Source of the DNA: Hyalangium minutum
GTDB lineage: Bacteria > Myxococcota > Myxococcia > Myxococcales > Myxococcaceae
Direction: 5' to 3'
NCBI RefSeq assembly: GCF_000737315.1
Contig: NZ_JMCB01000002.1
Span: 62,001-126,000, forward strand
Length of the DNA: 64,000 nt
This document shows, piece by piece, positions 11,815 to 27,115 of this stretch. Below the pieces are notes generated by a model. The model did not search any database and was not told the origin of the DNA. It was given only the letters and a program-made list of their open reading frames with translations. Made by a program: the position numbers and the translations under genes. Positions within the stretch are counted from its first letter, which is position 1. Each line of letters begins with the position of its first letter.

Positions 11815-14313
11815 CTACTTGTGGGCGCCCTCGCCCTTCATCGGCGTCTCGATGCGCATGCCGTAGAACGACCGGTACACGAAGACGAGCGACAGGACGA
11901 AGAACACCACGGACAGCACGTGGGTGAGCATGGTGTTGCCGGACTTGTTCAGCTCCACCGCCAGCTCCACCGCGAGCAGGCCGAACAGGGTGGTGAACTT
12001 GATGACCGGGTTGAGCGCCACGGACGAGGTGTCCTTGAACGGATCGCCCACCGTGTCGCCGACCACCGTGGCCGCGTGCAGGTCCGTGCCCTTGGCGCGC
12101 AGCTCCGTCTCCACCAGCTTCTTCGCGTTGTCCCACGCGCCACCCGCGTTCGCCATGAACACGGCCTGGTACAGACCGAAGATGGCGATGGAGATCAGGT
12201 AGCCAATGAAGAAGTACGGCTCGGCGCAGGCGAACGCCAGGGTGCTGAAGAACACGCCCAGGAAGATGTTGAGCATGCCCTTCTGCGCGTACTGGGTGCA
12301 GATCTCCACCACGCGCTTGGAGTCCGTCACGCTCGCCTTCTCCACGCCCTCCAGCTTGATGTTGGCCTTGATGAACTCCACCGCGCGGTAGGCGCCCGTG
12401 GACACCGCCTGCATCGAGGCGCCCGAGAACCAGTAGATGACCGCGCCGCCCGTCACCAGGCCCAGCAGGAAGGGCGCGTGCAGCAGGGACAGGTTGCCCA
12501 GGCCCGCGGCCTTCAGCGACATGATGCCGTTGGTCGTCTCCGTGCCCACCAGCAGCACGATGATGGAGAAGATCATCGTCGTGGCGCCCACCACCGCGGT
12601 GCCGATGAGCACCGGCTTGGCCGTCGCCTTGAACGTGTTGCCCGCGCCGTCGTTCTCCTCCAGGTACTCCTTGCCCTTCTCGAAGTTGGGCGTGAAGCCG
12701 AAGTCCTTGGCCACTTCCTCCTTCACGTTGGGCACGTTCTCGATCAGCGACAGCTCGTACACGCTCTGCGCGTTGTCCGTCACAGGACCGTAGCTGTCCA
12801 CCGCGATGGTGACCGGGCCCATGCCCAGGAAGCCGAACGCCACCAGGCCGAACGCGAACACCGCCGGGGCCAGCATCAGCTCCACCGGCACGGTCGTGCT
12901 CACCCAGAAGGCGGCGCCCATCAGCCCCGCGATGATGATGCCCATCCAGTAGGCGGAGAAGTTACCGGCCACCAGGCCGGAGATGACGTTGAGGCTGGGG
13001 CCACCCTCCTGGCTGGCCTTCACCACCTCGCGCACGTGGCGGCTCTCGGTGGAGGTGAAGGCCTTGACGACCTCCGGGATGATCGCGCCGGCCAGCGTGC
13101 CGCAGGTGATGATCAGCGACAGCTTCCACCACAGCGTGGTGTCATCCGCCAGGTTCGGGATGAGCAGGTAGCTGACCACGAAGGTGAGCGCCACGGACAC
13201 GATCGACGTGAGCCACACCAGGAACGTCAGCGGGTGCTCGAAGTTCATCTTGTCGGCGGTCTTGTACTTGCCGCCCTGGATGATGCCGTTCACGCCGTAG
13301 GACAGCAGGCTGGCCACCACCATCACGATGCGCATCACGAAGATCCACACCAGCAGCTGCACCTGGAACGAAGGGGGCACCGCCAGCAGGATGAAGGTGA
13401 TGAGCGCCACGCCCGTCACGCCGTAGGTCTCGAAGCCGTCCGCCGAGGGGCCCACGCTGTCGCCCGCGTTGTCGCCCGTGCAGTCGGCGATCACGCCGGG
13501 GTTGCGCGCGTCGTCTTCCTTGATCTTGAAGACGATCTTCATCAGGTCCGAGCCGATGTCCGCGATCTTCGTGAAGATACCGCCCGCGATGCGCAGCACC
13601 GAGGCGCCCAGCGACTCGCCGATGGCGAAGCCGATGAAGCACGGGCCCGCGTAGGTGGGCGGGACGAAGATCAGGATGATGAGCATCAGCAACAGCTCGG
13701 TGCTGATGAGCACCATGCCGATGGACATACCGGCCTGCAGCGGGATGGCGTAGGTGGGGTAGGGCTTGCCGCGCAGGGACGCGAACGCCGTGCGGCTGTT
13801 GGCGAACGTGTTCACCCGGATGCCGAACCAGGCCACGCCGTAGCTGCCCGCGATGCCGATGAGGCTGAAGAGGATGATGGCCAGCAGCTTGGCCGGCGCC
13901 TCGCTCAGCATGTGCTGCAGGAAGCCGAAGTAGCCGACCATCACCACCAGCAGCAGCGCCCACAGGCCGAGGATGAACTTGCCCTGGGTGATGAGGTACG
14001 TCTTGCACGTCTCGTAGATGAGCTCGGAGATCTCCAGCATCGACCGGTGCACGGGCAGGTTCTTCAGCTGGCCGTACTGGATGAAGCCGAAGACCAGGCC
14101 GAGCACGCTCACCAGGATGCCGCCCAGCAACAGCTGCTGGCCATTGAGCGCGCCGCCGAGGAAGGACTGAGAGGTAAAGTCAGGGAGGACGAGGTCCGCC
14201 TCGCTGGCGCGGGCGGTGCTACCGGCGAGGACGGCCAGGAGTCCAAGGACTCGGGCAGCCACGCCGGTGACGCCCTGCAGGGGAGCGTCATTCCGTGAAA
14301 CGGTGGGTGTCAT
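11815..14313 (-). CDS. hppA: Membrane-bound cation-translocating pyrophosphatase, K+-independent type
   Basis: EDDARNPGVIADCTGDNAGD, DSYGPVTDNA, GGAWDNAKK and GDTVGDPFKDT motifs. GNTFKAT has Lys at the K+-dependence determinant position. Confidence 0.93.
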   Translation of the reverse strand: MTPTVSRNDAPLQGVTGVAARVLGLLAVLAGSTARASEADLVLPDFTSQSFLGGALNGQQLLLGGILVSVLGLVFGFIQYGQLKNLPVHRSMLEISELIYETCKTYLITQGKFILGLWALLLVVMVGYFGFLQHMLSEAPAKLLAIILFSLIGIAGSYGVAWFGIRVNTFANSRTAFASLRGKPYPTYAIPLQAGMSIGMVLISTELLLMLIILIFVPPTYAGPCFIGFAIGESLGASVLRIAGGIFTKIADIGSDLMKIVFKIKEDDARNPGVIADCTGDNAGDSVGPSADGFETYGVTGVALITFILLAVPPSFQVQLLVWIFVMRIVMVVASLLSYGVNGIIQGGKYKTADKMNFEHPLTFLVWLTSIVSVALTFVVSYLLIPNLADDTTLWWKLSLIITCGTLAGAIIPEVVKAFTSTESRHVREVVKASQEGGPSLNVISGLVAGNFSAYWMGIIIAGLMGAAFWVSTTVPVELMLAPAVFAFGLVAFGFLGMGPVTIAVDSYGPVTDNAQSVYELSLIENVPNVKEEVAKDFGFTPNFEKGKEYLEENDGAGNTFKATAKPVLIGTAVVGATTMIFSIIVLLVGTETTNGIMSLKAAGLGNLSLLHAPFLLGLVTGGAVIYWFSGASMQAVSTGAYRAVEFIKANIKLEGVEKASVTDSKRVVEICTQYAQKGMLNIFLGVFFSTLAFACAEPYFFIGYLISIAIFGLYQAVFMANAGGAWDNAKKLVETELRAKGTDLHAATVVGDTVGDPFKDTSSVALNPVIKFTTLFGLLAVELAVELNKSGNTMLTHVLSVVFFVLSLVFVYRSFYGMRIETPMKGEGAHK

Positions 14314-14486
14314 GTGGGGTGCAACTCCTCAAGAGAGAAATTCGAGGGGTTGGCCGCCTGCGGGCGGTTACACCGCACGCCGACGCTTCAGCACAGCCTC
14401 GCCCTTCTAGAGCCAGAAGAGCCCAGAAGGCGGCGGCCCCTTAGCACGGGGCGAGTGCGAAAGTCGACTCTTACGGTACGACACGG

Positions 14487-14717
14487 TCGAAGGGCAGGGG
14501 CCCTCCCCCGAGGTTGATCGGTCTCCCATGGGCTGCCGCGAGGAGAACGTCCCCGTTGGGAACCTCTGCTGCACGTAACGCCTGGCTGTCCCCCAGCACC
14601 AGCGCCCGCGACCCTCTCAAGGCTCCCACGCCCTCACCCGCTCCCAACCCGCCCAACCTTCCCCATCCCCCTGCCCGCCACTCCCCTACACCCCCCCGAC
14701 CGACCCCTGCCCTTCGA
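14487..14717. repeat. 14-bp perfect inverted repeat bracketing a 231-bp C-rich segment
   Basis: tcgaagggcagggg (14487-14500) and cccctgcccttcga (14704-14717). Confidence 0.6.
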
Positions 14718-14871
14718 ACCGCACCTCACCCTTCTGCAAGCACATTGCCAACGCCACGTTGGGGCCGATCCCTCGGGAAGACGCGGGCATGGAGCCTCTC
14801 AACGGCTGGAGAGGGCCCCCGGCTGCCGTAAAAACTCCTGGCTCTGGAGGGCAAGAGAGGGTGAGGAGGTA

Positions 14872-14918
14872 AAAAGAACGCGCCCGCCTGGGATGCGAGC
14901 ATCCCAGCGGCGGGCGCG
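14872..14918 (-). terminator. Rho-independent terminator of the DUF2914-like gene
   Basis: Long stem cgcgcccgcc-tgggatgc / gcatccca-ggcgggcgcg followed on the minus strand by TTCTTTTT. Confidence 0.8.
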
Positions 14919-14963
14919 GGGGTGGCACAGGGCACACCCGGGACCTACAAGTTGCAGTGCGAA

Positions 14964-15479
14964 CTAGTTCACCTTGACCTGGAGCTCCTTGAGGACCTCA
15001 TCGCCGCGCATGACGCTCACGGTCCAGTTGCCCGCCTTGTTCAGGCGCACACCGGTCCACTGGCGGGCGCGCCAGCCGTCGCCCTTGACCTTGACGTCCT
15101 TCGTCTCGCGCACGGTGGCGCCCTGCTTGGTCTGGACCATGATGTCCTCGATGGAGTCACCCTGGGGCACCAGGTAGGCCTGCCACAGCATCACGGTGGT
15201 GTTGGCCTTCACGCCAGCGGCGGGATCCACCTCGGCGGTGCACTCGAACTTGTTGGGGCCGTCCTTGGCCACCTCGGTGCACAGCTTGGCCTCGACGAGC
15301 ACCGGGCCCTGGCCCTGGCCCTTGTAGAAGTAGTCCCACGTGTTCTTCACCGCTTCGGCGCCCGGCTTGGTCACGGGCGTGGCCGTCGGAGCCGCGGTGG
15401 GGGCCGCCTCCTGGGCCAGCGCCACAGGCGACAGAGTCAGGGCCGCAACCACCACAGTCCGAGTCAGCATCTTCTTCAT
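14964..15479 (-). CDS. Secreted protein with a DUF2914-like Ig-fold C-terminus
   Basis: Signal peptide (MKKMLTRTVVVAALTLSPVALA-Q), GGAGG RBS, and C-terminal RQW...GNWTVSV...VL pattern. Confidence 0.7.
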   Translation of the reverse strand: MKKMLTRTVVVAALTLSPVALAQEAAPTAAPTATPVTKPGAEAVKNTWDYFYKGQGQGPVLVEAKLCTEVAKDGPNKFECTAEVDPAAGVKANTTVMLWQAYLVPQGDSIEDIMVQTKQGATVRETKDVKVKGDGWRARQWTGVRLNKAGNWTVSVMRGDEVLKELQVKVN

Positions 15480-15641
15480 TGAAAGAGTCCCCTCCGTTGA
15501 GAGCCAGACACATGCCAGCTCGGAGGCCGCCTCTAGCATGAATCTCGCCGCGCACCCATGTGCGGTTCTGGCGGGGCGAGTGCTTCAAAGTGCGCCCAGC
15601 GCGGGCGTGAATAGGCCCGGGGCCCGGGCGTTCCACGGATC

Positions 15642-16385
15642 ATGCTTCGACTGCTCGCCGTGCTCGCCGTGTGGGGGCCTCTGGTGTGGAGCGCCCCGCA
15701 AGCCCACGCTGCTGGGAAGAAGCCGTCCCCCGTGGCCCAGAAGCCCGGGACGACGCCGGGTGCCGCCTCGACGAAGATGCGGAGTGCGCCTCCTTCCCGG
15801 CCACGCAGTGCGTCACGCGCCTCGCGGGAGCTGGGCGCGCGCATCGCCACCCGGGCCTCGAGGCTGGTGGGCGTCACCTCGCTGCGCAAAGTGGACACGT
15901 CGGTGCCGGACGACTGCACGGGGGTCGTGCGGCTGGCCTACGAGAGCGTGGGCATCGAATTGATGACAGGAATAGGGCGGGCCGGTGACAACGGTGTCAC
16001 GCACATCTACCAGCGCGCGCGGAGCGTGGGAGCCCTGCACAAAAGCCGGCCCCAGCCGGGAGACCTCGTCTTCTTCCGGGAGACGTATGACCGCGACCGG
16101 GATGGGCGGCGCGATGATGGCCTCACGCACGTGGCTGTCGTCGAGCGCGTGGAAGCGGATGGGACTGTCACCTTCGTCCACCGTGGCAGCAAGGGCGTGG
16201 CGCGGTCTCGGATGAACTTGAGCGCTCCCAAAGTCCACCGTGCGCGAGGCAGCAACGCGGTGGTGAATGACTACCTGCGTCAAGCCTCGCAGGGCCGCCG
16301 CGCGTATCTGACGGGGGAGCTGTTCGCGGGCTTTGCCTCTCCGGGCCCGCTGGCCCAGGCAAACACCGCCTCGGCGCGCCGCTGA
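15642..16385 (+). CDS. Exported CHAP/NlpC-P60 family cell-wall amidase/peptidase
   Basis: Signal peptide, DCTG catalytic Cys, PGDLVFF, THV catalytic His, and a DRDRDG loop. Confidence 0.85.
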   Translation: MLRLLAVLAVWGPLVWSAPQAHAAGKKPSPVAQKPGTTPGAASTKMRSAPPSRPRSASRASRELGARIATRASRLVGVTSLRKVDTSVPDDCTGVVRLAYESVGIELMTGIGRAGDNGVTHIYQRARSVGALHKSRPQPGDLVFFRETYDRDRDGRRDDGLTHVAVVERVEADGTVTFVHRGSKGVARSRMNLSAPKVHRARGSNAVVNDYLRQASQGRRAYLTGELFAGFASPGPLAQANTASARR

Positions 16386-16517
16386 TCCACACGCCAGAAG
16401 ATGTGGGAGGAATTCGGGTTTACCTCAAGTGCATCGGCGCTCATTTATGGCTCAAGTGCACTGCCCGCGCGTGGGATGTCAGCCGCGGATGGCATATCCC
16501 CCATGAAAGAGGTGCCC

Positions 16518-16802
16518 ATGAGCTGTGCCGCCGTCACCGTGAATCGCTCGTTGATCCTGCTGGCCATCGCCTGGGGTGTCATTCCCGTAGCGGTCTTCCA
16601 AGCGGTGACGATGACGGGCCAGGATGACGCGGTGGCGGTCCACAGCGGATGGGAGCCCGAGCCTGGGAGCGACACCCTCTCGTCCCCGCTGAGCGAGCCG
16701 CCCCCGTGCAAGCTCGACCATACGGCGGGGCTGCTCCCCGCGCTCAGCATGGCCATCACTCAGCCGAACAGGAAGAACGCCAGCGTCACGAACGGCAGGT
16801 AG
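16518..16802 (+). CDS. Possible small single-TM protein (94 aa)
   Basis: GAGGTG RBS and one hydrophobic segment. It overlaps the 3' end of the convergent transporter by 43 nt. Confidence 0.35.
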   Translation: MSCAAVTVNRSLILLAIAWGVIPVAVFQAVTMTGQDDAVAVHSGWEPEPGSDTLSSPLSEPPPCKLDHTAGLLPALSMAITQPNRKNASVTNGR

Positions 16803-18103
16803 AGCAGGAAAGCCAGCAGCAAGAAGCCGAGGATGTCTTTGAACTCGAGCCGCGCCACGGTGAGCAACGGCAGGGCCCAGAAGGGCTGGATGAGATCCGT
16901 GGCCATGTCTCCCCACGCGTACGCCAGCACCACCTTCTCCGGCGCCACGCCCAGCGAGGACGCCGCGTTCAGCAGGTAGGGCGCCTCGATGGCCCACTTG
17001 GAGCCGCCCGAGGGTACGAAGTAGTTCACCACCCCGCTGTAGAGGTAGACGATGGCGGGGAACGTCTCGCGCGTGGAGAGCGACACGAACAGCTCGCCGA
17101 TTCGGTCGGTGAGTCCGGTGGCCTTGAAGATGCCGTAGATGCCCGCGTACAGCGGGAACTGCAGGACGATGCCATGCAGCACGGAGCCGGCCTCCTCGCT
17201 GGCCTTGAGCAGCCGGGCCGGGGTGAGGTGCAGCAACACCGCCAGCGTGAGGAACAGGAAGTTCACCACGTTGAGATTGAGGGCCCTCCAGCCCCCGTTG
17301 AGCGCCAGGTGTCGCGCGAACCACGCCAGCCCGAGCACGCCGAAGATGACATTGAGCAGCCACGCGTGATCCAGCCATACCGCGACGCTGCGCTCGGTGG
17401 GGCGCTCGGGGGGAACGAAGTCGCCCAGCTTCTCCAGCACTGCGGGCTCCACCTTCACCGTGGCCTCGGGCTTGGGGTGCAGCGCCCAGGCCAGCACCGC
17501 GAGCCCCGCCACCACCGCCACCGTGAGCCCCAGGTTGAACGCGGAGAACAGGGTGAGATTGATGGGAATGATGCCCAGCTGCTTCTCCAGGAAGTGCCCC
17601 GGCGTGGCCACCAGCAGCGGGGCGGAGGCCGACAGGCCCGCATGCCAGGTGGCGCCCAGGCCGAAGTAGGCGCAGGCCACCAGCAGGCGATAGTCCACGT
17701 CCGGCTGCCGCCTCGCCACGAAGCGCACCAGCATGGCGCTGGCCACCAGCGAGAGGCCCCAGTTGATGTAGGCCAGGCCCATGGAGACGCCGGCCATCAG
17801 CGCCACCGCGCCCCGAGGGCTCTTCGCCAGGCCCGCCAGCCGCTCCAGCAGCGTGCGCACCGGGGAGGTGAGGGCCAGCAGGTAGCCGGTGAACATCACC
17901 AGCGCCATCTGCATGGAGAAGGGGAGCAGCTCCCAGAAGCCACCGCCCCAGGCGCCCAGCACCTGCTCGGGCGAGGCGCCCGCCCACCCGAGGGCGAGCC
18001 CCATCGTGAGCAGGCTGAGCAGGACGGCAATGGCAAACGCGCTCGGGACGAAGCGCGAGGAGAAGCGGCCGAGTCCTTCCGCGATCCGGACGAGGGTCTC
18101 CAC
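16760..18103 (-). CDS. Short-chain fatty acid transporter (AtoE/TIGR00366 family)
   Basis: Polytopic membrane protein with SMQMALV, INWGLSLV, GIVLQFPLYAGI, NYFVPSGG and AWGD motifs. Confidence 0.88.
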   Translation of the reverse strand: METLVRIAEGLGRFSSRFVPSAFAIAVLLSLLTMGLALGWAGASPEQVLGAWGGGFWELLPFSMQMALVMFTGYLLALTSPVRTLLERLAGLAKSPRGAVALMAGVSMGLAYINWGLSLVASAMLVRFVARRQPDVDYRLLVACAYFGLGATWHAGLSASAPLLVATPGHFLEKQLGIIPINLTLFSAFNLGLTVAVVAGLAVLAWALHPKPEATVKVEPAVLEKLGDFVPPERPTERSVAVWLDHAWLLNVIFGVLGLAWFARHLALNGGWRALNLNVVNFLFLTLAVLLHLTPARLLKASEEAGSVLHGIVLQFPLYAGIYGIFKATGLTDRIGELFVSLSTRETFPAIVYLYSGVVNYFVPSGGSKWAIEAPYLLNAASSLGVAPEKVVLAYAWGDMATDLIQPFWALPLLTVARLEFKDILGFLLLAFLLYLPFVTLAFFLFG

Positions 18104-18249
18104 GAGCGGGCTCCAGTCAATCGCAAGGTGGGCCTTGCGGGCGGCGTCGAAGAGAGCGTTTTACGGTAAGCGCTGGAGGAAGTCGCCTTTCCACGCGCCG
18201 TGGAAGGAGGCTCGACACGCGAACCGAGCCGCGATAGCCCGGAGCCATC

Positions 18250-19068
18250 ATGTACCACCTGCTCAAGCTCGGCCCCGTGCAGCTCTCCCAGGACACCACG
18301 AACGTGTACCTACGGGTGACAAGCGCGGGGGACTTCGCGCCGCCCGTCTTCGAGCACGATGACGAGGCCGGTGTGCAGGCCCTGCTCGAGGGCGTGGAGC
18401 CTTCGGGCGTGAGCTGCGAGCCCGGCCTGGCGGAGGTCGCGGAGCGCCTGGGGCTCCGCGTGGAGTCTCCGCCACTGGAGGTGCTCTCGGCGCGCGCGGC
18501 CATTGGCACCTTCATGGCGTGGGAGCAGCGAGGCGTTGCGGGGCTCGGGGCGGACAAGGCGCTGCTCTTCGTCCAGGCCGCCACCGAATTCTATGAGGCC
18601 CGGCCGTGGAAGCACTGGGATGACAGCCAGCCGTTCCACATCAGCGTCTCCGGCGCGCTCACGCGCACGTACGAGGGCAGCGTCTTCGGCGGAGAGGACG
18701 GTGGCGAGGGGCTCGCGCTCTACGAGCAGGCTGGGGCCCTCAAGGTGCTGATGGACCTGCAGGGGAGCGGCAAGGACGCCGCCGCCAGCCAGCTGCCCGC
18801 CATTGGCGTCACGCTGGACACGCGGCCTGAGTACGCCATTCAGGCGCTGGCCGCCGCGGGCCGCGCGCCCCGGTTACCCCTGCCGCTCAAGACGGGCCCT
18901 TCGGGGGTCTCCATGCCGTCCCTGGTGGAGGCGCTGGTGCTGGTGGCCACGCTGCGGGCAGTGGCTCGGCTGGATTTGACGCGGCGTGAAGCCCTGAGCA
19001 CCGTGGTTGCGGGCCAGGAGCAGATGTCCGTCCGAGTGCTTGCCCCTCAGCCGCGCGTGCGGAACTAA
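18250..19068 (+). CDS. Hypothetical protein (DUF6930/DUF7309-like core)
   Basis: AATEFYEARPW...SVFGG...GLALY pattern. Confidence 0.6.
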   Translation: MYHLLKLGPVQLSQDTTNVYLRVTSAGDFAPPVFEHDDEAGVQALLEGVEPSGVSCEPGLAEVAERLGLRVESPPLEVLSARAAIGTFMAWEQRGVAGLGADKALLFVQAATEFYEARPWKHWDDSQPFHISVSGALTRTYEGSVFGGEDGGEGLALYEQAGALKVLMDLQGSGKDAAASQLPAIGVTLDTRPEYAIQALAAAGRAPRLPLPLKTGPSGVSMPSLVEALVLVATLRAVARLDLTRREALSTVVAGQEQMSVRVLAPQPRVRN

Positions 19069-19239
19069 AGCGTTCGGTAGCAGACGTTGCAGGGGCAGGA
19101 CTGTCTCCTACCCACCAAGCGGACACGGGGCCGGGGCTGGCGTGTCCAGCAGGAATCAAAGAGAACTTCGCTCCGCTCAGTATTCCCGTGTCCACGGCGA
19201 GGGACCGCTTTGACCGCCGTGGACCAGCCAGGGGCTCGA

Positions 19240-25742
<6,503 letters not shown>

Positions 25743-25746
<4 letters not shown>

Positions 25747-26576
25747 GCAGCGTCACCCACAGCGCGGAGCTGGAGTCCCTCGAGGTGGAGCTGCTCCTCG
25801 AGGGCGTCCGGCGCCAGTATGGCTTTGACCTGCGCAACCACTCGCGGCCGCTGCTGTTGCGGCGGCTGCGGCGGCACCTGCGCGAGGAACGGCTGGAGAC
25901 CTTCTCCGGGCTGCAGGGCCGCGTGCTGCACGACCCGGAGGCGATGGAGGGCCTGCTGCGCGCCCTGGCCTGTCCTCCCGACACGCTCTTCTCCGACCCG
26001 TCCTTCTTCCAGGACTTCCGTGCGCGCGTGGTGCCCATGCTGCGCACCTACCCGTCCATCCGCGTGTGGCATGCGGGCTGCTACTCGGGCGAGGACACCT
26101 ACGCGCTGGCCATCCTGCTGATGGAGGAGGGGCTCTGGGGGCGCTGCCGCTTGTATGCCTCGGATGCCAGCGGTGGGCTGCTGTCGGACGCGCGCAACGG
26201 CGTGCTGCGGCTGCCTGGCGAGGAGGACGCGCGCAACTACCGCGAGGCTGGTGGCAAGCGCGCGCTGACGGACTACTACACCCGCGACGGGGACTGGGCG
26301 GTGCTGCACCCCAGCCTGCGCGAGGGCATCTTCTTCACCCAGCACAACCTGGCCACGGACGCCTCCTTCAACGAGTTCCAGGTCATCTTGTGCCGGGATA
26401 CGCTGCTGGCCTACAACCGGGCCCTGGCCAGCCGCGCCCATGAGCGCCTCTACGAGAGCCTCGTGCGGTTCGGCTTCCTGTGCCTGGGCCGCAAGGAGAC
26501 CTTGGCTCGCACGCCTTACGCGGCGGCGTACGAGGAGCTGGAAGGCACGGGCCGCGTGTACCGGAGGACCGCATGA
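25743..26576 (+). CDS. CheR-type methyltransferase homologue with degenerate active-site motifs
   Basis: [26 protein letters not shown] and VILCRD motifs. GTGA overlap with the kinase stop. Confidence 0.88.
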
Positions 26577-27115
26577 GCCCCCTGGGGCTGTTGGTGGTCG
26601 GCGCACCGCATGAGGCCTCGGCCGAGGTGGAGGCCCTGCTCGCCTCGCTTCCGTCGAGTCTGCCCGTCCCCGTGGTGCTGGTGGTCCACCGCCGCGCCCA
26701 GGAGCTGCTGGCCGGCTCGCTGGCCCGCCGCTGCCCCCTGCCCGTGCTCGAGCCGGACGACAAGGACGAGCTCGTCGCTGGCCGCGTGTACCTGGCGCCC
26801 TCGGGCTATCACCTGCTGGTGGACCGTGGCTGCGTCTGCCTCTCGCGCGAGCCCGCCGAGCATGGCCAGCGGCCCGCCGTGGATCCGCTCTTCGAGTCCG
26901 CCGCGGATGCCTATGGCCCCGCCGCCGCCGCGCTGCTCTTCAGCGGTCACGACGACGGCTGGGCCGGGCTGGCCACGCTGGGGGCTCGCGGAGGACACGT
27001 GGCCGTCATCGGCGAGGGCGAGCCCGTGGAGGGCGTGGAGCGCGTCCCGCTGAAGGATGTGAAGGTCTGGCTGGCCCGGTTGTCCTACGTGCCTCGAATG
27101 AAGGTGCAACCGTGA
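26573..27115 (+). CDS. CheB-type methylesterase domain protein lacking the catalytic Ser
   Basis: VVGAP, LVVH, VYLAPSGYHLLV, RPAVDPLFESAA and FSGHDDG motifs. ATGA overlap with cheR-like gene. Confidence 0.88.
   Translation: MSPLGLLVVGAPHEASAEVEALLASLPSSLPVPVVLVVHRRAQELLAGSLARRCPLPVLEPDDKDELVAGRVYLAPSGYHLLVDRGCVCLSREPAEHGQRPAVDPLFESAADAYGPAAAALLFSGHDDGWAGLATLGARGGHVAVIGEGEPVEGVERVPLKDVKVWLARLSYVPRMKVQP

Noticed and set aside
14405-14430. GAGCCAGAAGAG resembling the 3' part of a cobalamin riboswitch
   Set aside because: The upstream conserved core (GGGAA...CCCCGCAACTGT) is absent, and it lies on the strand opposite to hppA.
14780-14835. Superficial similarity to an HDV-like ribozyme (ggcatgg...agcctc...ccggctg)
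   Set aside because: I could not build the P1/P2/P4 nested pseudoknot.
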